Part shown: positions 47,117 through 57,597 of the stretch, piece by piece | Layout: every line of letters starts with the position of its first letter | How positions within the stretch are numbered: position 1 is the stretch's first letter | Source: Bacteroidales bacterium | Lineage (GTDB): Bacteria; Bacteroidota; Bacteroidia; Bacteroidales; CAIWKO01 | Direction of reading: 5' to 3' | Length of the DNA: 64,000 nucleotides | Assembly (NCBI GenBank): GCA_035389045.1 | Contig: DAOORA010000004.1 | Coordinates: forward strand, 42,246 to 106,245 | The notes under the pieces: model-generated | Seen by the model: the letters and a program-made list of their open reading frames with translations, nothing else | The model's database searches: none | Told to the model about the DNA's origin: nothing | Translations under genes and position numbers: made by a program

Positions 47117-50100
47117 TTACCGCAGATTTTTTTTCTTTTTCAGAAATAAATCCCTGTATGTATTGAATTCCTTGCGGTATACAATACCAATCCCCTGAGT
47201 ATAAGGCGCCGTGTACTGCAAAATATTGTACTGGTTGGTATGGTTGTATACTTTTAGTTTTAACGCTTTTGTGATTTTCACTTCAATATCCACATCCCCC
47301 ACGATCTGGTTGGAGTTTTTGTTGTTACCGGTGGTGTTTTGCCCGGTTGCGACGCCCACGTTGCTCGAAATGGATACCCTGTCGTTGAAGAGCTGCGTAG
47401 AAAGCGCCACGGCAATTTCTTCTTCCGAGATATTATCGCCGGGACGATAATTTACCCCTATATTTACATTTTTACTTATTTGTGAAAGCCAGTTGCTCAA
47501 CTGATTGGAGAGCACCTCGCTGGCGCTTTTTCCAAGCAGGGTGGCTCCGGCAGATACAGCCGGCCCGATACCGGTATTGGGATTTACAAAGCTGTTGATC
47601 ACCAGCAATGATATAAAGTTATTATTAATATTCTGATTCATAGCTGCAAGATACGGAGCTTTTTCGTATTCGAGCATGGAAGGTATATCTACCTCAAAAG
47701 TGAATTCCGGGTTGGCCAGCACATTTTTCATGTTGATAATGCAATCCACATTGACATACCGTGTGTTGGTATCAACGCCCAGTCCTCCCAGGTTGGCCCT
47801 CATCGAATAACGGGCACGGATATCCAGTTCGGCATTATAAGGGTCGCCGTTCCATTTTACCGTGCTGCCCGGATCAATGATAAAACGCTTGTTGATGATA
47901 TTCTGAAACGTGAATAGATAATCACCCGAAGTCAGCACGTAATCGCCAAACATATTCATTTCTCCATCAGCGTAAGTAATTCTGATGTTGCCATTGCCTA
48001 CGCCTTTGATACGGTCGCCGGCACGGGGATCGAACAACAGCTGAACCTCGGCATCATCGGTCACATTGAATGACATATCAAGGTTGATGCCGCTCACCGC
48101 CATTCCTGTCTCCTCTGCCACAGGTTCCTGCTGGTCTTTTTTGACAAAGGTGATATAATTGCTGGCCTGCAGCGTCGAGGTCGTACCTACAGGAACGAAT
48201 AGCTGAGTTCCTTTTTCGGTTGTAGCCCCAATATCGAAATGTATTTTCTTCTGATCGCCGTAAATGTGGGCATTACCGGTAGCATAACCCTTGCCATAAA
48301 ACAATTCATTCAACGAGGCATTGGTGTTCAACACCAGCGTTTTTCTAGGTTCAATATAAATATCAAAGCTAATGTTTTTAAAATTATTATGGGTGATTCT
48401 GCCCGATACTATGGCGGTGTCAATGTCGCGGTGTTCATAGTCGGGCTGGTCTATAGCCAGGATGTTACTGAACGAAAAGGCGTTTTTGGTTATCTTTACG
48501 CTATCGTATGTAAAAGCATAAACGGTATTCAGGTAATTAATTTTTAAGGCGCCACGCATAACCCTCAGCAGGCCTGTTAATTCCGGATTTTTTTTGCCAC
48601 GGAGGAAAAGTTTGCCGGTAGCTGTCCCGCTGACAATGGAGCCAAAACTGGCTACATACCTCGACAAAGCCTTCAGCCTGAGGTTCTCCACCGTAATATC
48701 AATATCAAAATTTTGTGGCTTATCACCCGGATAATAATACCCCTCCGCAACTACAGGTGTGCTTTTACCGATATTCCCAACATAAAATATCTCCGCTTTT
48801 ATGCGAATGCCTTTTTTCACGTCATCCCATTTGCTTTGCACCCAGGCATCGCCCAGCTTGTCATAATTGATACCAAAATCTTTGATTTTCAGATCGGCAT
48901 AATAAGTGGGCGAATTATAAAGTCCTGAAATACCGACATTTCCGGTTACAATGCCGTCCAGGTCAAACTTTTTGGCATTGGTGAGATAATCAATGTTGGA
49001 AATATCAAAAGAATTAAATTTGACTTTCAGGGTGTCGGAAGGATCTTTCGAGATAATACCGTTGATCATCAGATTTTGACGGTTGCGGCCCAGCAACACA
49101 TTGTTGAATGTTATGCGGCTGGTGTCAAATACGATATTTCCGGCTTCGTTAATGGCCCACAACGAGTCATCAATAATAATTTGCGAAGTCCTGAATCCCA
49201 TAACAGATTCACTGTTGCTCAAAAAATAATTATAAAAATTGAGGTCGGCTGCATTGCGGTTTTCCTGTTTCTTATTGTCCCAGTATAATTTGCTGTTAAT
49301 ACTGTCGTTTTCCACCTGCGATATCAGGCCGAAATTCAACAGAAAGGTACTGTCAGACATTTTTAACGTATCAGAATTCAAATTCAGGTCTATATGTCCC
49401 TTACCCGCATCAAAAGCAAGGTTCCAGTTTTCGAGACTGTAGTTATTGTACGACAACTTTGAAGAAACTACTTCGATTTGTGAGGTATTGGTTATGGAAT
49501 TGAAATTTCCTTTTACAATGGTATTACCAGCTGTTCCCAGCCCACCGGCCAGATAATCCAACACGGGAGAGGCATTATACAGTCGTATATCAAAATCGAA
49601 TTCCTGGCGGGCAATGTTCTTGTTGCTGGTATCCAGAGCAAAATAAAAATTAGGAAGGTAGTTGAGTATGAACTTCTTAAATGAATTGCCCAACTCAGAA
49701 AAAACAAAATATCCTTTAAAAACAGCATCCACATAATCAGATTTTAAATCAAAAGTGCGGTAACCGTTCTGACCAATATCTGTGTTTAATTTCAATGACA
49801 GCAGGTCAAAAAACTTTTTATTCTGCCGGAATGCTGCGTTCTCTAATGTTATCGTTCCCTTAAGGTTATCAATATTATTACCATTAAAATCAATATTTAA
49901 CCGGCCTTTTACTTCCGACAGTGTGTCTTTGGGGGTTAGCCTGAGTTTTTTCAGGTTGGCATATTCGACATCTGCAATAAAATCATAGTCGGGCAGGGAA
50001 TCATTAAGGTCTACCTTACCATTGAAAGACAATTCCAGGTTATCATCCGTAATCTCGACCACACCATTGAAAATCCGTTTATCTAAATTCCCGTCAACCG

Positions 50101-51508
50101 TAATCCCTGAGTAGTTATATCCTTTAAATTCAAGCTGTTGTATATTACCCTTAAATAAAAACGATGCATCATCTGATTTCAGTCCCGATCCGTTGATCTG
50201 TGCGTCGAGACTTACTTTTCCAAGTAAATCCGATAAATCGAGCAGTGAGCCGAGATAAAAACTCTCCGTGGCGACTTTCCCGTTGTAGGTAATGGTTTTA
50301 TTGACGTTTCGCACAATGATATCGGTTGATATACTGCCAAGGTCGGAATTCAGTGTTGCGTTAGAGACAAAACTCGAATAGAATCCGGTAAACACACCTT
50401 TCATATTGATATTTCCCAGGCGCTGAAGCATCTGAGGCAGCTTTAACTGAGTAACGGCCATGCCCGGCGCCGGAATAACGACGCTGTTGATGTCGCCTAC
50501 CGTAGTTGTCAGGTTTCTGATTTTCAGATTGATATATGTATCTTCAATTCTAGGTAAACCGTTCATGGCAATGTCGGCATCGAAATAAGTATCCCTGCCG
50601 TAGGTCATCATAAAACGTTTCACCTTGAGATTGCTGACCTTTCCTTTTACATCCGATGAAAAATGGATGAGATCATTCATGCCATACATTTGTTTGACAA
50701 AATATGCTATATCAAGAAAATTCAGCGTGGTAGGCCGCACTTCGGAACGTATGGCAACCTCATTGATAAAATCATTAAAACATTTAAAATCATCATATAT
50801 AAAAGCAAGGTCAAGATCAAGATCAGACTCAGGAGTTCGTACTTTCAGATTGTTCACTACAATATTTTTCTTTGATACCACTGTCCGGGCTGAAAAACTA
50901 TCGATGACAAACCCGCATTTTTCCTTTAGCGACAGATGTCTTATGATGCCGCAAACCGAATCATGGAGCACACCGACATTATCCATTCCGATATTGATCT
51001 CTGAAATCCGGATATCATCAAAATCCATCACCCCATTGTTGTTATGCTCCTTATCTTCATTAATAAAAGAAAAACCTGAACCCGACAACTGAAAATCATC
51101 AATAAAAATTTTTAAAGGATACTTTTCGGGATTTTTTTTCTTTTTTTCAGACTTGAAGTAATCAAGAATAAACTGGAGGTTGGTTTTGCTTTCGTTTTTA
51201 TATTTTCTCAGATTAAAGAACGTATTTTTCAGTACTACTTTTTTTAATTCAAAGTAATTGCCGGACACATCGAGTTTGCCGGGTTTTACATTTATTACAT
51301 CCGATTTCAGCAGCACGCTATGGTGCAGGTCTTCGATGTAAACGCCTTTCAGCATGACGTTCATAAAGAACCGGACTTCGACTTTGTCAACAGACACCAC
51401 CGTATTCAGTTCTTGCGAAAGATAATGCGAAAGTTTTCTGGCGATCTGCGTTTGCACCAGGTTGCTCTGAACCAGCGTAAATATCCCTGCCGGCAGCACA
51501 AAAAGCAC
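47117..51508 (-). CDS. tamB: Translocation and assembly module protein TamB-like (DUF490 C-terminus)
   Basis: 1,463 aa. N-terminal membrane anchor, very long beta-rich body, and a conserved C-terminal region. Confidence 0.75.
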   Translation of the reverse strand: MLFVLPAGIFTLVQSNLVQTQIARKLSHYLSQELNTVVSVDKVEVRFFMNVMLKGVYIEDLHHSVLLKSDVINVKPGKLDVSGNYFELKKVVLKNTFFNLRKYKNESKTNLQFILDYFKSEKKKKNPEKYPLKIFIDDFQLSGSGFSFINEDKEHNNNGVMDFDDIRISEINIGMDNVGVLHDSVCGIIRHLSLKEKCGFVIDSFSARTVVSKKNIVVNNLKVRTPESDLDLDLAFIYDDFKCFNDFINEVAIRSEVRPTTLNFLDIAYFVKQMYGMNDLIHFSSDVKGKVSNLKVKRFMMTYGRDTYFDADIAMNGLPRIEDTYINLKIRNLTTTVGDINSVVIPAPGMAVTQLKLPQMLQRLGNINMKGVFTGFYSSFVSNATLNSDLGSISTDIIVRNVNKTITYNGKVATESFYLGSLLDLSDLLGKVSLDAQINGSGLKSDDASFLFKGNIQQLEFKGYNYSGITVDGNLDKRIFNGVVEITDDNLELSFNGKVDLNDSLPDYDFIADVEYANLKKLRLTPKDTLSEVKGRLNIDFNGNNIDNLKGTITLENAAFRQNKKFFDLLSLKLNTDIGQNGYRTFDLKSDYVDAVFKGYFVFSELGNSFKKFILNYLPNFYFALDTSNKNIARQEFDFDIRLYNASPVLDYLAGGLGTAGNTIVKGNFNSITNTSQIEVVSSKLSYNNYSLENWNLAFDAGKGHIDLNLNSDTLKMSDSTFLLNFGLISQVENDSINSKLYWDNKKQENRNAADLNFYNYFLSNSESVMGFRTSQIIIDDSLWAINEAGNIVFDTSRITFNNVLLGRNRQNLMINGIISKDPSDTLKVKFNSFDISNIDYLTNAKKFDLDGIVTGNVGISGLYNSPTYYADLKIKDFGINYDKLGDAWVQSKWDDVKKGIRIKAEIFYVGNIGKSTPVVAEGYYYPGDKPQNFDIDITVENLRLKALSRYVASFGSIVSGTATGKLFLRGKKNPELTGLLRVMRGALKINYLNTVYAFTYDSVKITKNAFSFSNILAIDQPDYEHRDIDTAIVSGRITHNNFKNISFDIYIEPRKTLVLNTNASLNELFYGKGYATGNAHIYGDQKKIHFDIGATTEKGTQLFVPVGTTSTLQASNYITFVKKDQQEPVAEETGMAVSGINLDMSFNVTDDAEVQLLFDPRAGDRIKGVGNGNIRITYADGEMNMFGDYVLTSGDYLFTFQNIINKRFIIDPGSTVKWNGDPYNAELDIRARYSMRANLGGLGVDTNTRYVNVDCIINMKNVLANPEFTFEVDIPSMLEYEKAPYLAAMNQNINNNFISLLVINSFVNPNTGIGPAVSAGATLLGKSASEVLSNQLSNWLSQISKNVNIGVNYRPGDNISEEEIAVALSTQLFNDRVSISSNVGVATGQNTTGNNKNSNQIVGDVDIEVKITKALKLKVYNHTNQYNILQYTAPYTQGIGIVYRKEFNTYRDLFLKKKKNLR

Positions 51509-51546
51509 GGCAAAGACAATGATTACTATTTTGAGTGTTTTTTTTA

Positions 51547-51554
51547 TACCTTTG
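51547..51554 (+). promoter_or_regulatory. -7 promoter box (TACCTTTG) for tsaD
   Basis: 24 nt upstream of the ATG at 51578. Confidence 0.45.
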
Positions 51555-51577
51555 AAAACTTATTTCATATTCAATAC

Positions 51578-52609
51578 ATGGATGCTATCATTCTAGGCAT
51601 TGAATCGTCCTGCGACGATACCTCTGCGGCCGTGGTCAATAAAAACGTCCTGCTGTCGAATATTATTGCCAGCCAGGCAATACATAATAAATTTGGTGGT
51701 GTAGTCCCCGAATATGCTTCGAGGGCACACCAGATAAATATTATCCCCGTTATTGACCAGGCACTCCACGAAGCAAATATACAAAAAAAACATCTGTCTG
51801 CAATCGCATTTACACGGGGACCCGGTTTACTCGGTTCTCTTATCGTAGGCACCTCGGTGGCCAAAGCTATGGGCCTGGCGCTGAATATACCGCTGATCGA
51901 GGTAGACCATATCCAGGCACACCTGCTGTCACATTTTATTTCAGAACCGGAAAATCCAAAACCGGCGCCCGGATTTCCTTATCTGTGCCTTCTCATTTCG
52001 GGAGGACATACCCAAATCATCAAGGTTAAAAGTTTCATCTCGTTTGAAACTCTTGCCAACACCATAGATGATGCCGCAGGAGAAGCTTTCGACAAATGTG
52101 CAAAAATTCTCGGGTTACCGTACCCCGGAGGCCAGATGATTGATAAAAACTCTCTTGTAGGTGATCCGATAAGATTCAAATTTCCGGAACCCAGGGTTAA
52201 AGATAATGAATTTAGTTTCAGTGGATTAAAAACATCATTCTTGTATTTTATCCGCGACCGCCTGAAGGACGATCCGGACTTTATCCGTAAAAACCTGCCT
52301 GATCTTTGTGCATCTATTCAACATGCCATCATATCCATACTTCTGAAAAAACTTATTAAAGTTTCGGAAAAAACCAATATCCGCCGTATAGCCATATCGG
52401 GCGGTGTTTCGGCAAATAGCGCTTTACGTTCGGTACTGAGAAATAATGAAGAAAAATACGGATGGAAACTTTTTTTGCCAAAAACCATATTTTGCACCGA
52501 TAATGCTGCTATGGTCGCTGTGGCAGGTTATTACAAATTCCTGAACCATGATTTTACCGACCAGCATGCTATCCCCTATACACGGTATATATTGACTGGT
52601 GAAATATAA
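51578..52609 (+). CDS. tsaD: tRNA N6-adenosine threonylcarbamoyltransferase TsaD
   Basis: Start at MDAIILGIESSCDDTSAAVV. Also RGPGLLGSLIVG and ISGGVSANSAL. The longer ORF (from 51320) would overlap tamB. Confidence 0.92.
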   Translation: MDAIILGIESSCDDTSAAVVNKNVLLSNIIASQAIHNKFGGVVPEYASRAHQINIIPVIDQALHEANIQKKHLSAIAFTRGPGLLGSLIVGTSVAKAMGLALNIPLIEVDHIQAHLLSHFISEPENPKPAPGFPYLCLLISGGHTQIIKVKSFISFETLANTIDDAAGEAFDKCAKILGLPYPGGQMIDKNSLVGDPIRFKFPEPRVKDNEFSFSGLKTSFLYFIRDRLKDDPDFIRKNLPDLCASIQHAIISILLKKLIKVSEKTNIRRIAISGGVSANSALRSVLRNNEEKYGWKLFLPKTIFCTDNAAMVAVAGYYKFLNHDFTDQHAIPYTRYILTGEI

Positions 52610-52676
52610 AGTGATCTAAATACTTCTCTCTGGATTGTCTACATTTTTCCATTCAGCGCATAAAAAAAGACATCTG

Positions 52677-52709
52677 TTTGCGATTAAATAAAATGAATTT
52701 ATACTTTTG
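52677..52709 (+). promoter_or_regulatory. Promoter with -33 TTTG (52677..52680) and -7 TACTTTTG (52702..52709)
   Basis: A 21-nt spacer fits the Bacteroidota TTTG-N19-21-TAnnTTTG consensus. The ATG is at 52726. Confidence 0.5.
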
Positions 52710-52725
52710 CAAAAAATTTACATCT

Positions 52726-53265
52726 ATGAAGACCATACACATTTTTGTAGTCATTACCTGTGCAATCGTTTTATTTTCAGCTTGTTCAGACAATAAAGAA
52801 GAAAAAAACGAAAACAAAGCAGGAGTTACATGTTTCTCCAGCGACATGGAAAATACGGGGTGGATAAACCAGACAACCTTAACCCGCGAAACAGCTCATT
52901 CAGGAAAGTTTTCAAGCCGGGTTGATTCGGTTCAGCAGTATAGCTTCGGATTCAGGGATTTCTTTAAAAATATCAATGATACGCTTCCCGAAAAAGTAGA
53001 CGTTAGTTTCTGGATACTTTATCCGCAAAAGGATATAAAAAGCACCATGGTGATCAGTATAGATTCTGTCGAAAAAAATATTTTCTGGCAGGGAACTGAT
53101 TTGAAAGATTCCGTTCAGGTGCCTAACCAGTGGAAAGAGATTAAAACCACCATTGAGCTGCCCGAAAATATCATGCAGACCGACCGGATTGCCATCTATA
53201 TCTGGGGTACTGATAAAAAGTCGTTTTATATTGATGACATGAAGGTTACCTTCGGAAAAAAATAA
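52726..53265 (+). CDS. Hypothetical lipoprotein
   Basis: Start at MKTIHIFVVITCAIVLFSACSD (lipobox). Beta-rich body. Confidence 0.5.
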   Translation: MKTIHIFVVITCAIVLFSACSDNKEEKNENKAGVTCFSSDMENTGWINQTTLTRETAHSGKFSSRVDSVQQYSFGFRDFFKNINDTLPEKVDVSFWILYPQKDIKSTMVISIDSVEKNIFWQGTDLKDSVQVPNQWKEIKTTIELPENIMQTDRIAIYIWGTDKKSFYIDDMKVTFGKK

Positions 53266-53291
53266 TTTTTCTTTTGGTTATTTTGTAAAAA

Positions 53292-53321
53292 AGCGTGGAC
53301 GTGTGCCCATGCTTTTTTTTT
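53292..53321 (+). terminator. Rho-independent terminator
   Basis: Stem AGCGTGG / CCATGCT (one G-U pair), 8-nt loop, then T9. Confidence 0.6.
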
Positions 53322-53414
53322 ATTTCATATCAAACTAACGAATCCGTCTTGCAAGTATTTTTCATTTTAATTTGTATTACTTTCGTAAATTATAATGAAC
53401 CAACTTTTTTTTAT

Positions 53415-54773
53415 ATGAACACCCTATTAGTTTATCCACCCTGTGGCTTTATTTCAAAAAACGTAATAAATATGCCATTAGGTGTATGTTCTCTTAAGTC
53501 ATACCTTGTAAAAAACGGACAAGATGCAACTGTTTTGGATCTGAATATGAAAACATACATAGATAGTGAGAATAAAGAACTATGGGCAGATGATTGCAAA
53601 ACAGTCTGGAGTTCAGCGGATGGGTTTAAAGAAACTATTTTGCCCAAATTGGATATAACTAAAATGCTGGAGCATATTCTTTCCCGGAATGCAGATATTA
53701 TAGGTTTTTCAATAAATAATTCCACTGAATATATTTCAGTTATATTAACTAAAGAAATCAAAAAAAAATCAAAAAAAACGATCATTTTTGGTGGCCCTGG
53801 ATGCTATGACATAAATGCTGAGAAATTCTTAAGAGCAGGTGTTGACGCTATTGCTATTGGTGAAGGAGAAGGTACTTTGCTGGAATTTGTACAAGAACGT
53901 AAACTTTGTAAAGGAATATATATGCTTCATGATGACAAGGTTGTCTATGGTGGATCAAGAAAGCCTTTAGATATAGATACCCTGCCATTTCCGGATTATG
54001 ATGACATTGTTGATGATTACCTGAAATTTTCACCTGAAATGGGCGCGGTTTCTGCCTCTTTTGTAAGGGGTTGCACAAACAGGTGCTCTTTTTGTAATGA
54101 GAGCCCTTTTTGGGGAAAAGTACGGCAGCGTTCCCCTGAAAATATTGTCAATGAATTGAAATATCTAAAGCAAAGATACCATATGCAATTCTTCAATAAG
54201 GCAGATTCAACCCTTGCTATTTCAGCTGATAGCCTGAACAAAATATGTGATTTAATTATTGAAAGCAATTTAAATGTAAAATGGCATTCACAAGCAAGAC
54301 CTGAGAAATGGCTTACACCTGAACTTCTAAGAAAAGTGTATCAGGCAGGTTGCGTACATGTGCATTATGGTGTGGAAAGTGGCAGTCAAAAAATTCTGGA
54401 TCTGATGAAAAAGAATTTAAATGTCAAAGTAATGAAGCAGGTTATTAAAGATACCGATGAAGCGGGAATAAAAGCTTCATTATTTATTATTGTTGATTCC
54501 CCAAAAGAAACGCTGATCGATTTCATAAAGACTGTTTTATTTTTATTTAAATTAAGAAAACATATAGAAAATTATGAAGTAAGCAAAGCTGGGGTTAGTT
54601 ACAGAACCGATTGGTTTTTGAATCCTGGTAAATACGGAATTATTGACACCAATCCCTGGCACACTAAGTATTATTTAAATAATCATATAGCAGCTAAACT
54701 CAAGAAAGGATTTCTGGATAAAATTAAACGGCCAATTTTAAAAAAAACAGAAAGTAATAGGAATAATTATTGA
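53415..54773 (+). CDS. B12-binding-domain radical SAM protein
   Basis: Start at MNTLLVYPP. N-terminal Rossmann-like cobalamin-binding-type segment (ADIIGFSINN, IIFGGPG, AIGEGEG), then the radical SAM cluster motif CTNRCSFC. Confidence 0.8.
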   Translation: MNTLLVYPPCGFISKNVINMPLGVCSLKSYLVKNGQDATVLDLNMKTYIDSENKELWADDCKTVWSSADGFKETILPKLDITKMLEHILSRNADIIGFSINNSTEYISVILTKEIKKKSKKTIIFGGPGCYDINAEKFLRAGVDAIAIGEGEGTLLEFVQERKLCKGIYMLHDDKVVYGGSRKPLDIDTLPFPDYDDIVDDYLKFSPEMGAVSASFVRGCTNRCSFCNESPFWGKVRQRSPENIVNELKYLKQRYHMQFFNKADSTLAISADSLNKICDLIIESNLNVKWHSQARPEKWLTPELLRKVYQAGCVHVHYGVESGSQKILDLMKKNLNVKVMKQVIKDTDEAGIKASLFIIVDSPKETLIDFIKTVLFLFKLRKHIENYEVSKAGVSYRTDWFLNPGKYGIIDTNPWHTKYYLNNHIAAKLKKGFLDKIKRPILKKTESNRNNY

Positions 54774-54981
54774 TTTTGGGTATGTTCTCATATTTTATAC
54801 AATAGTATGGTTTCCTGTTTTATTTGACAACTATATGTTGCAATAAAATTATTTATTACATATTACAATACAATCATGCTGTTTTTTATGCACTTTTTTT
54901 ATTTTACTATTTTTACATGTATTTATTGGTGTAAGTTTAATCAAATTAGCTTTTCTGTGGTTCAAATCTATTTTGCTTTTT

Positions 54982-55860
54982 ATGATGAAAAAATCATATG
55001 ATTATGATATTATTTTGCATTGGGAAGTCACAAACTATTGCAATTTCAGTTGTCCCGGCTGTTGTGGTTCTGCAAAAAAAATTGATAGGAACTATACGTC
55101 TGAGATTATCAACATTGCCGGATTAAAAAGATTTCTTGCACTATTCCAAAAACCCATTAAAATTATTTTTTCCGGAGGAGAACCATTACTTGTTGAAAAT
55201 ATAATAGAAGTATTTGAAGAAACAACAAAAAGCAATTACATCACATTGATGACCAATTTAACCAGTCCTAAGGTAAAAGAACTGTCTGACAGGATTAATC
55301 CCGAAAGGGTAGTGCTTATAAAAGCATCTGCACATATCGATCAACTGGAAAAACGAAAATTATTGAATACCTATTTCAGTAATTACAAATTATTGCAAGA
55401 CAAAGGTTTTGAGATATATGCACAAGAAATAGCTTATCCGGTTTTAGCAAAAAAAGCAGAAAAATATAGAAAAATATTTCTGGACCATGGTATTGAAATG
55501 AAATTTCAGGCATACAGAGGTGTGTGGAACACGATGTTTCACAAAAAAAAGTACCCCGATTCCTATACAAAGCAAGATTACAAAATTTTTAATTTCACGA
55601 AAACAGACTGCGGTGCTACCGACATCCATTACCGAAAGAATACATTATGCAATGCAGGTTATAATGTTATTGTGGCCCATCCCAACGGCAATTTATGTCC
55701 CTGTTACGGCCTTTATACCCAATCCATTGGCAACATCTACACGGGTTATACATTAAATAATTCATTGATAAGATGCCCTCTTGATTATTGTGATTGCCCC
55801 ATGCCATTGTATCATCCAGAGATTTATGAAAGGGCGGTAGAGGAAACTTCGGGCAAATAA
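54982..55860 (+). CDS. Radical SAM protein with a SPASM/twitch-like Cys-rich C-terminus
   Basis: CNFSCPGC (CxxxCxxC) at residues ~21-28 and a GGEPLL SAM-binding motif. C-terminal CNAGYNVIVAHPNGNLCPCY ... CPLDYCDCP. Confidence 0.75.
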   Translation: MMKKSYDYDIILHWEVTNYCNFSCPGCCGSAKKIDRNYTSEIINIAGLKRFLALFQKPIKIIFSGGEPLLVENIIEVFEETTKSNYITLMTNLTSPKVKELSDRINPERVVLIKASAHIDQLEKRKLLNTYFSNYKLLQDKGFEIYAQEIAYPVLAKKAEKYRKIFLDHGIEMKFQAYRGVWNTMFHKKKYPDSYTKQDYKIFNFTKTDCGATDIHYRKNTLCNAGYNVIVAHPNGNLCPCYGLYTQSIGNIYTGYTLNNSLIRCPLDYCDCPMPLYHPEIYERAVEETSGK

Positions 55861-56313
55861 ATCCTTATTATATGGGTTCTTTCAACACAAATTGTCCGGT
55901 CGGAAAACGACACACAGAAACTACACGTACTTTGAATCAAAAGGTAAATATATATTAAATTTTACCACAAGGCATTCAAAACAAACCACCCCGGAGAGGA
56001 TGGCTATGCCATAAGTAACACAAAAACTGAATATTAATGATTTAAAATCTTACTATATTTAATAACAAAAGTATTGGTTCTTCGACTTTTAGCCGAATTC
56101 TTAAGTTCCTTATTAAATACTCTCAACAAAGGCTGCAACTATGGCCGTATGAACGCGAAAAGAACTTATGATGTTTTATGATGACTTCTTCCATCCCTAT
56201 CAAATTGGGATTTTTCCTTGTGTCCGCCATGGCAGACCTTGTAAATTTACTTTGGTTAATTGTGGTTAAATTTAATTATTAACCCATTATCCGCATGATT
56301 AATGAACAGACTA

Positions 56314-57399
56314 TTAATACAAAAAGTCTTCCGCATTATCGAATTGGGCATTGATCACGATAGTGCCTTTTTTATCAATGTATCCCCATTTCGGCCCTTT
56401 GCGCACGCGTGCCAGCCCGTTTTCAAAGTCCCGGGCCGCATCAAACTGCGGGTTTATAACATATAATCCTTTTACATCTATAAAGCCCCACTGAGTGCCC
56501 TTGCGCACCAGGGCCATACCTTCATTAAAATCGAAAGCATCACCGAATTGCGGGTTGATGATATAGCTTCCGGTTTCATCAATATAGCCCCATTCCTTAA
56601 ATTTGTTCACCCGGGCGTAGCCGCCATTAAAATCTTCAGCAATATCAAACTGGGGGTTGATCACCCAAAGTCCTTTTTTATCAATATATCCCCATTGTTT
56701 CAGTTTTTTTGCACGGGCAAGGCCACCGTAAAAATCACCCAGAGCTTCAAACTGGGGATTGATCACATATGTCCCGGTCTTGTCGATGAAACCCCAGTCA
56801 AACCCTTTGCGTACCCGGGCAAATCCTCCGAAAAAGTCTTCCGCATTATCAAACTGAGGATTAATTATCCATGTTCCATTTTTGTCAATATATCCCCACT
56901 GTTTGCCTTTGAGAGCTTTGGCAAGGCCATCATGAAACGCTCCGATAGCGTCAAATTGCGGATTAACAACAAAACTTCCTTTTTTATCAATGATACCCCA
57001 TTGCATCCCTTTCCTGACCCTGGCCAGTCCAGACACAAAATCTTCAGCGCCATCAAACTGCGGGTTAACCACAAATACACCGGTTTTGTCTACATAGCCC
57101 CACTGCTTGAATTTTCTGACCCGGGCCAGACCTTCACTGAAATCTTCGGCCGCTTCAAACTGCGGATTTATAACTAACGTACCTTTGATGTCGATAAAAC
57201 CCCAACTGCCAAATTGCTGAACCCTGGCCATACCGTTTGAAAAACTCTTTGCATTGGCATATTGCGGATTAATTACATAGGAGCCTTTTTTATCAATAAA
57301 GCCCCAGTCTTTTCCCATACGGACAAGCGCATAATACTCCTGGGCAAAAAGACAACTGCTGAAAGCAACTATAAATAAGAACAAACTCAGTTTTTTCAT
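56314..57399 (-). CDS. Secreted WG-repeat protein
   Basis: Start at MKKLSLFLFIVAFSSCLFAQ (57399). About eleven ~31-aa repeats of KWGFIDKKGxxVINPQFDxAxDFxxGLARV. Confidence 0.8.
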   Translation of the reverse strand: MKKLSLFLFIVAFSSCLFAQEYYALVRMGKDWGFIDKKGSYVINPQYANAKSFSNGMARVQQFGSWGFIDIKGTLVINPQFEAAEDFSEGLARVRKFKQWGYVDKTGVFVVNPQFDGAEDFVSGLARVRKGMQWGIIDKKGSFVVNPQFDAIGAFHDGLAKALKGKQWGYIDKNGTWIINPQFDNAEDFFGGFARVRKGFDWGFIDKTGTYVINPQFEALGDFYGGLARAKKLKQWGYIDKKGLWVINPQFDIAEDFNGGYARVNKFKEWGYIDETGSYIINPQFGDAFDFNEGMALVRKGTQWGFIDVKGLYVINPQFDAARDFENGLARVRKGPKWGYIDKKGTIVINAQFDNAEDFLY

Positions 57400-57420
57400 G
57401 GTGGTTTTTTTAAGTTTATG

Positions 57421-57428
57421 CAAATTTA
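57421..57428 (-). promoter_or_regulatory. -7 promoter box (TAAATTTG on the minus strand) for the WG-repeat gene
   Basis: Plus strand reads CAAATTTA, 22 nt upstream of the start at 57399. It overlaps the longer ORF version, which argues for the shorter start. Confidence 0.4.
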
Positions 57429-57562
57429 ATTATTAAATTTTTAAAATCACACGATAGTATTAAAAAGTTTATCAGTCAGGATGAACCCGCCTGTAAAAGA
57501 AACAGTTTCATGACAACACCATGCCGAATTAAAATGAGAAAAAATACAAATGACTATTTTTG

Positions 57563-57570
57563 TATCTTTG
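57563..57570 (+). promoter_or_regulatory. -7 promoter box (TATCTTTG)
   Basis: 28 nt upstream of the ATG at 57598. Confidence 0.4.
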
Positions 57571-57597
57571 AACCCTGAATTTTAACATAACTTATTT

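Noticed and set aside
51320-51577. N-terminal extension of tsaD giving a 429-aa ORF.
   Set aside because: It would overlap the tamB start by ~190 nt. The conserved TsaD N-terminus (MDAIILGIESSCDDT) begins at 51578, with a TACCTTTG box 24 nt upstream.
53266-53414. Possible cobalamin riboswitch upstream of the B12-binding radical SAM gene.
   Set aside because: The leader is short and AT-rich, with no B12-box-like GCCACTG-type core or multi-stem architecture. It contains only the upstream gene's terminator.
56548-57177. 209-aa plus-strand ORF antisense to the WG-repeat gene.
   Set aside because: It is a periodic antisense frame produced by the 93-bp coding repeat. There is no independent signal.
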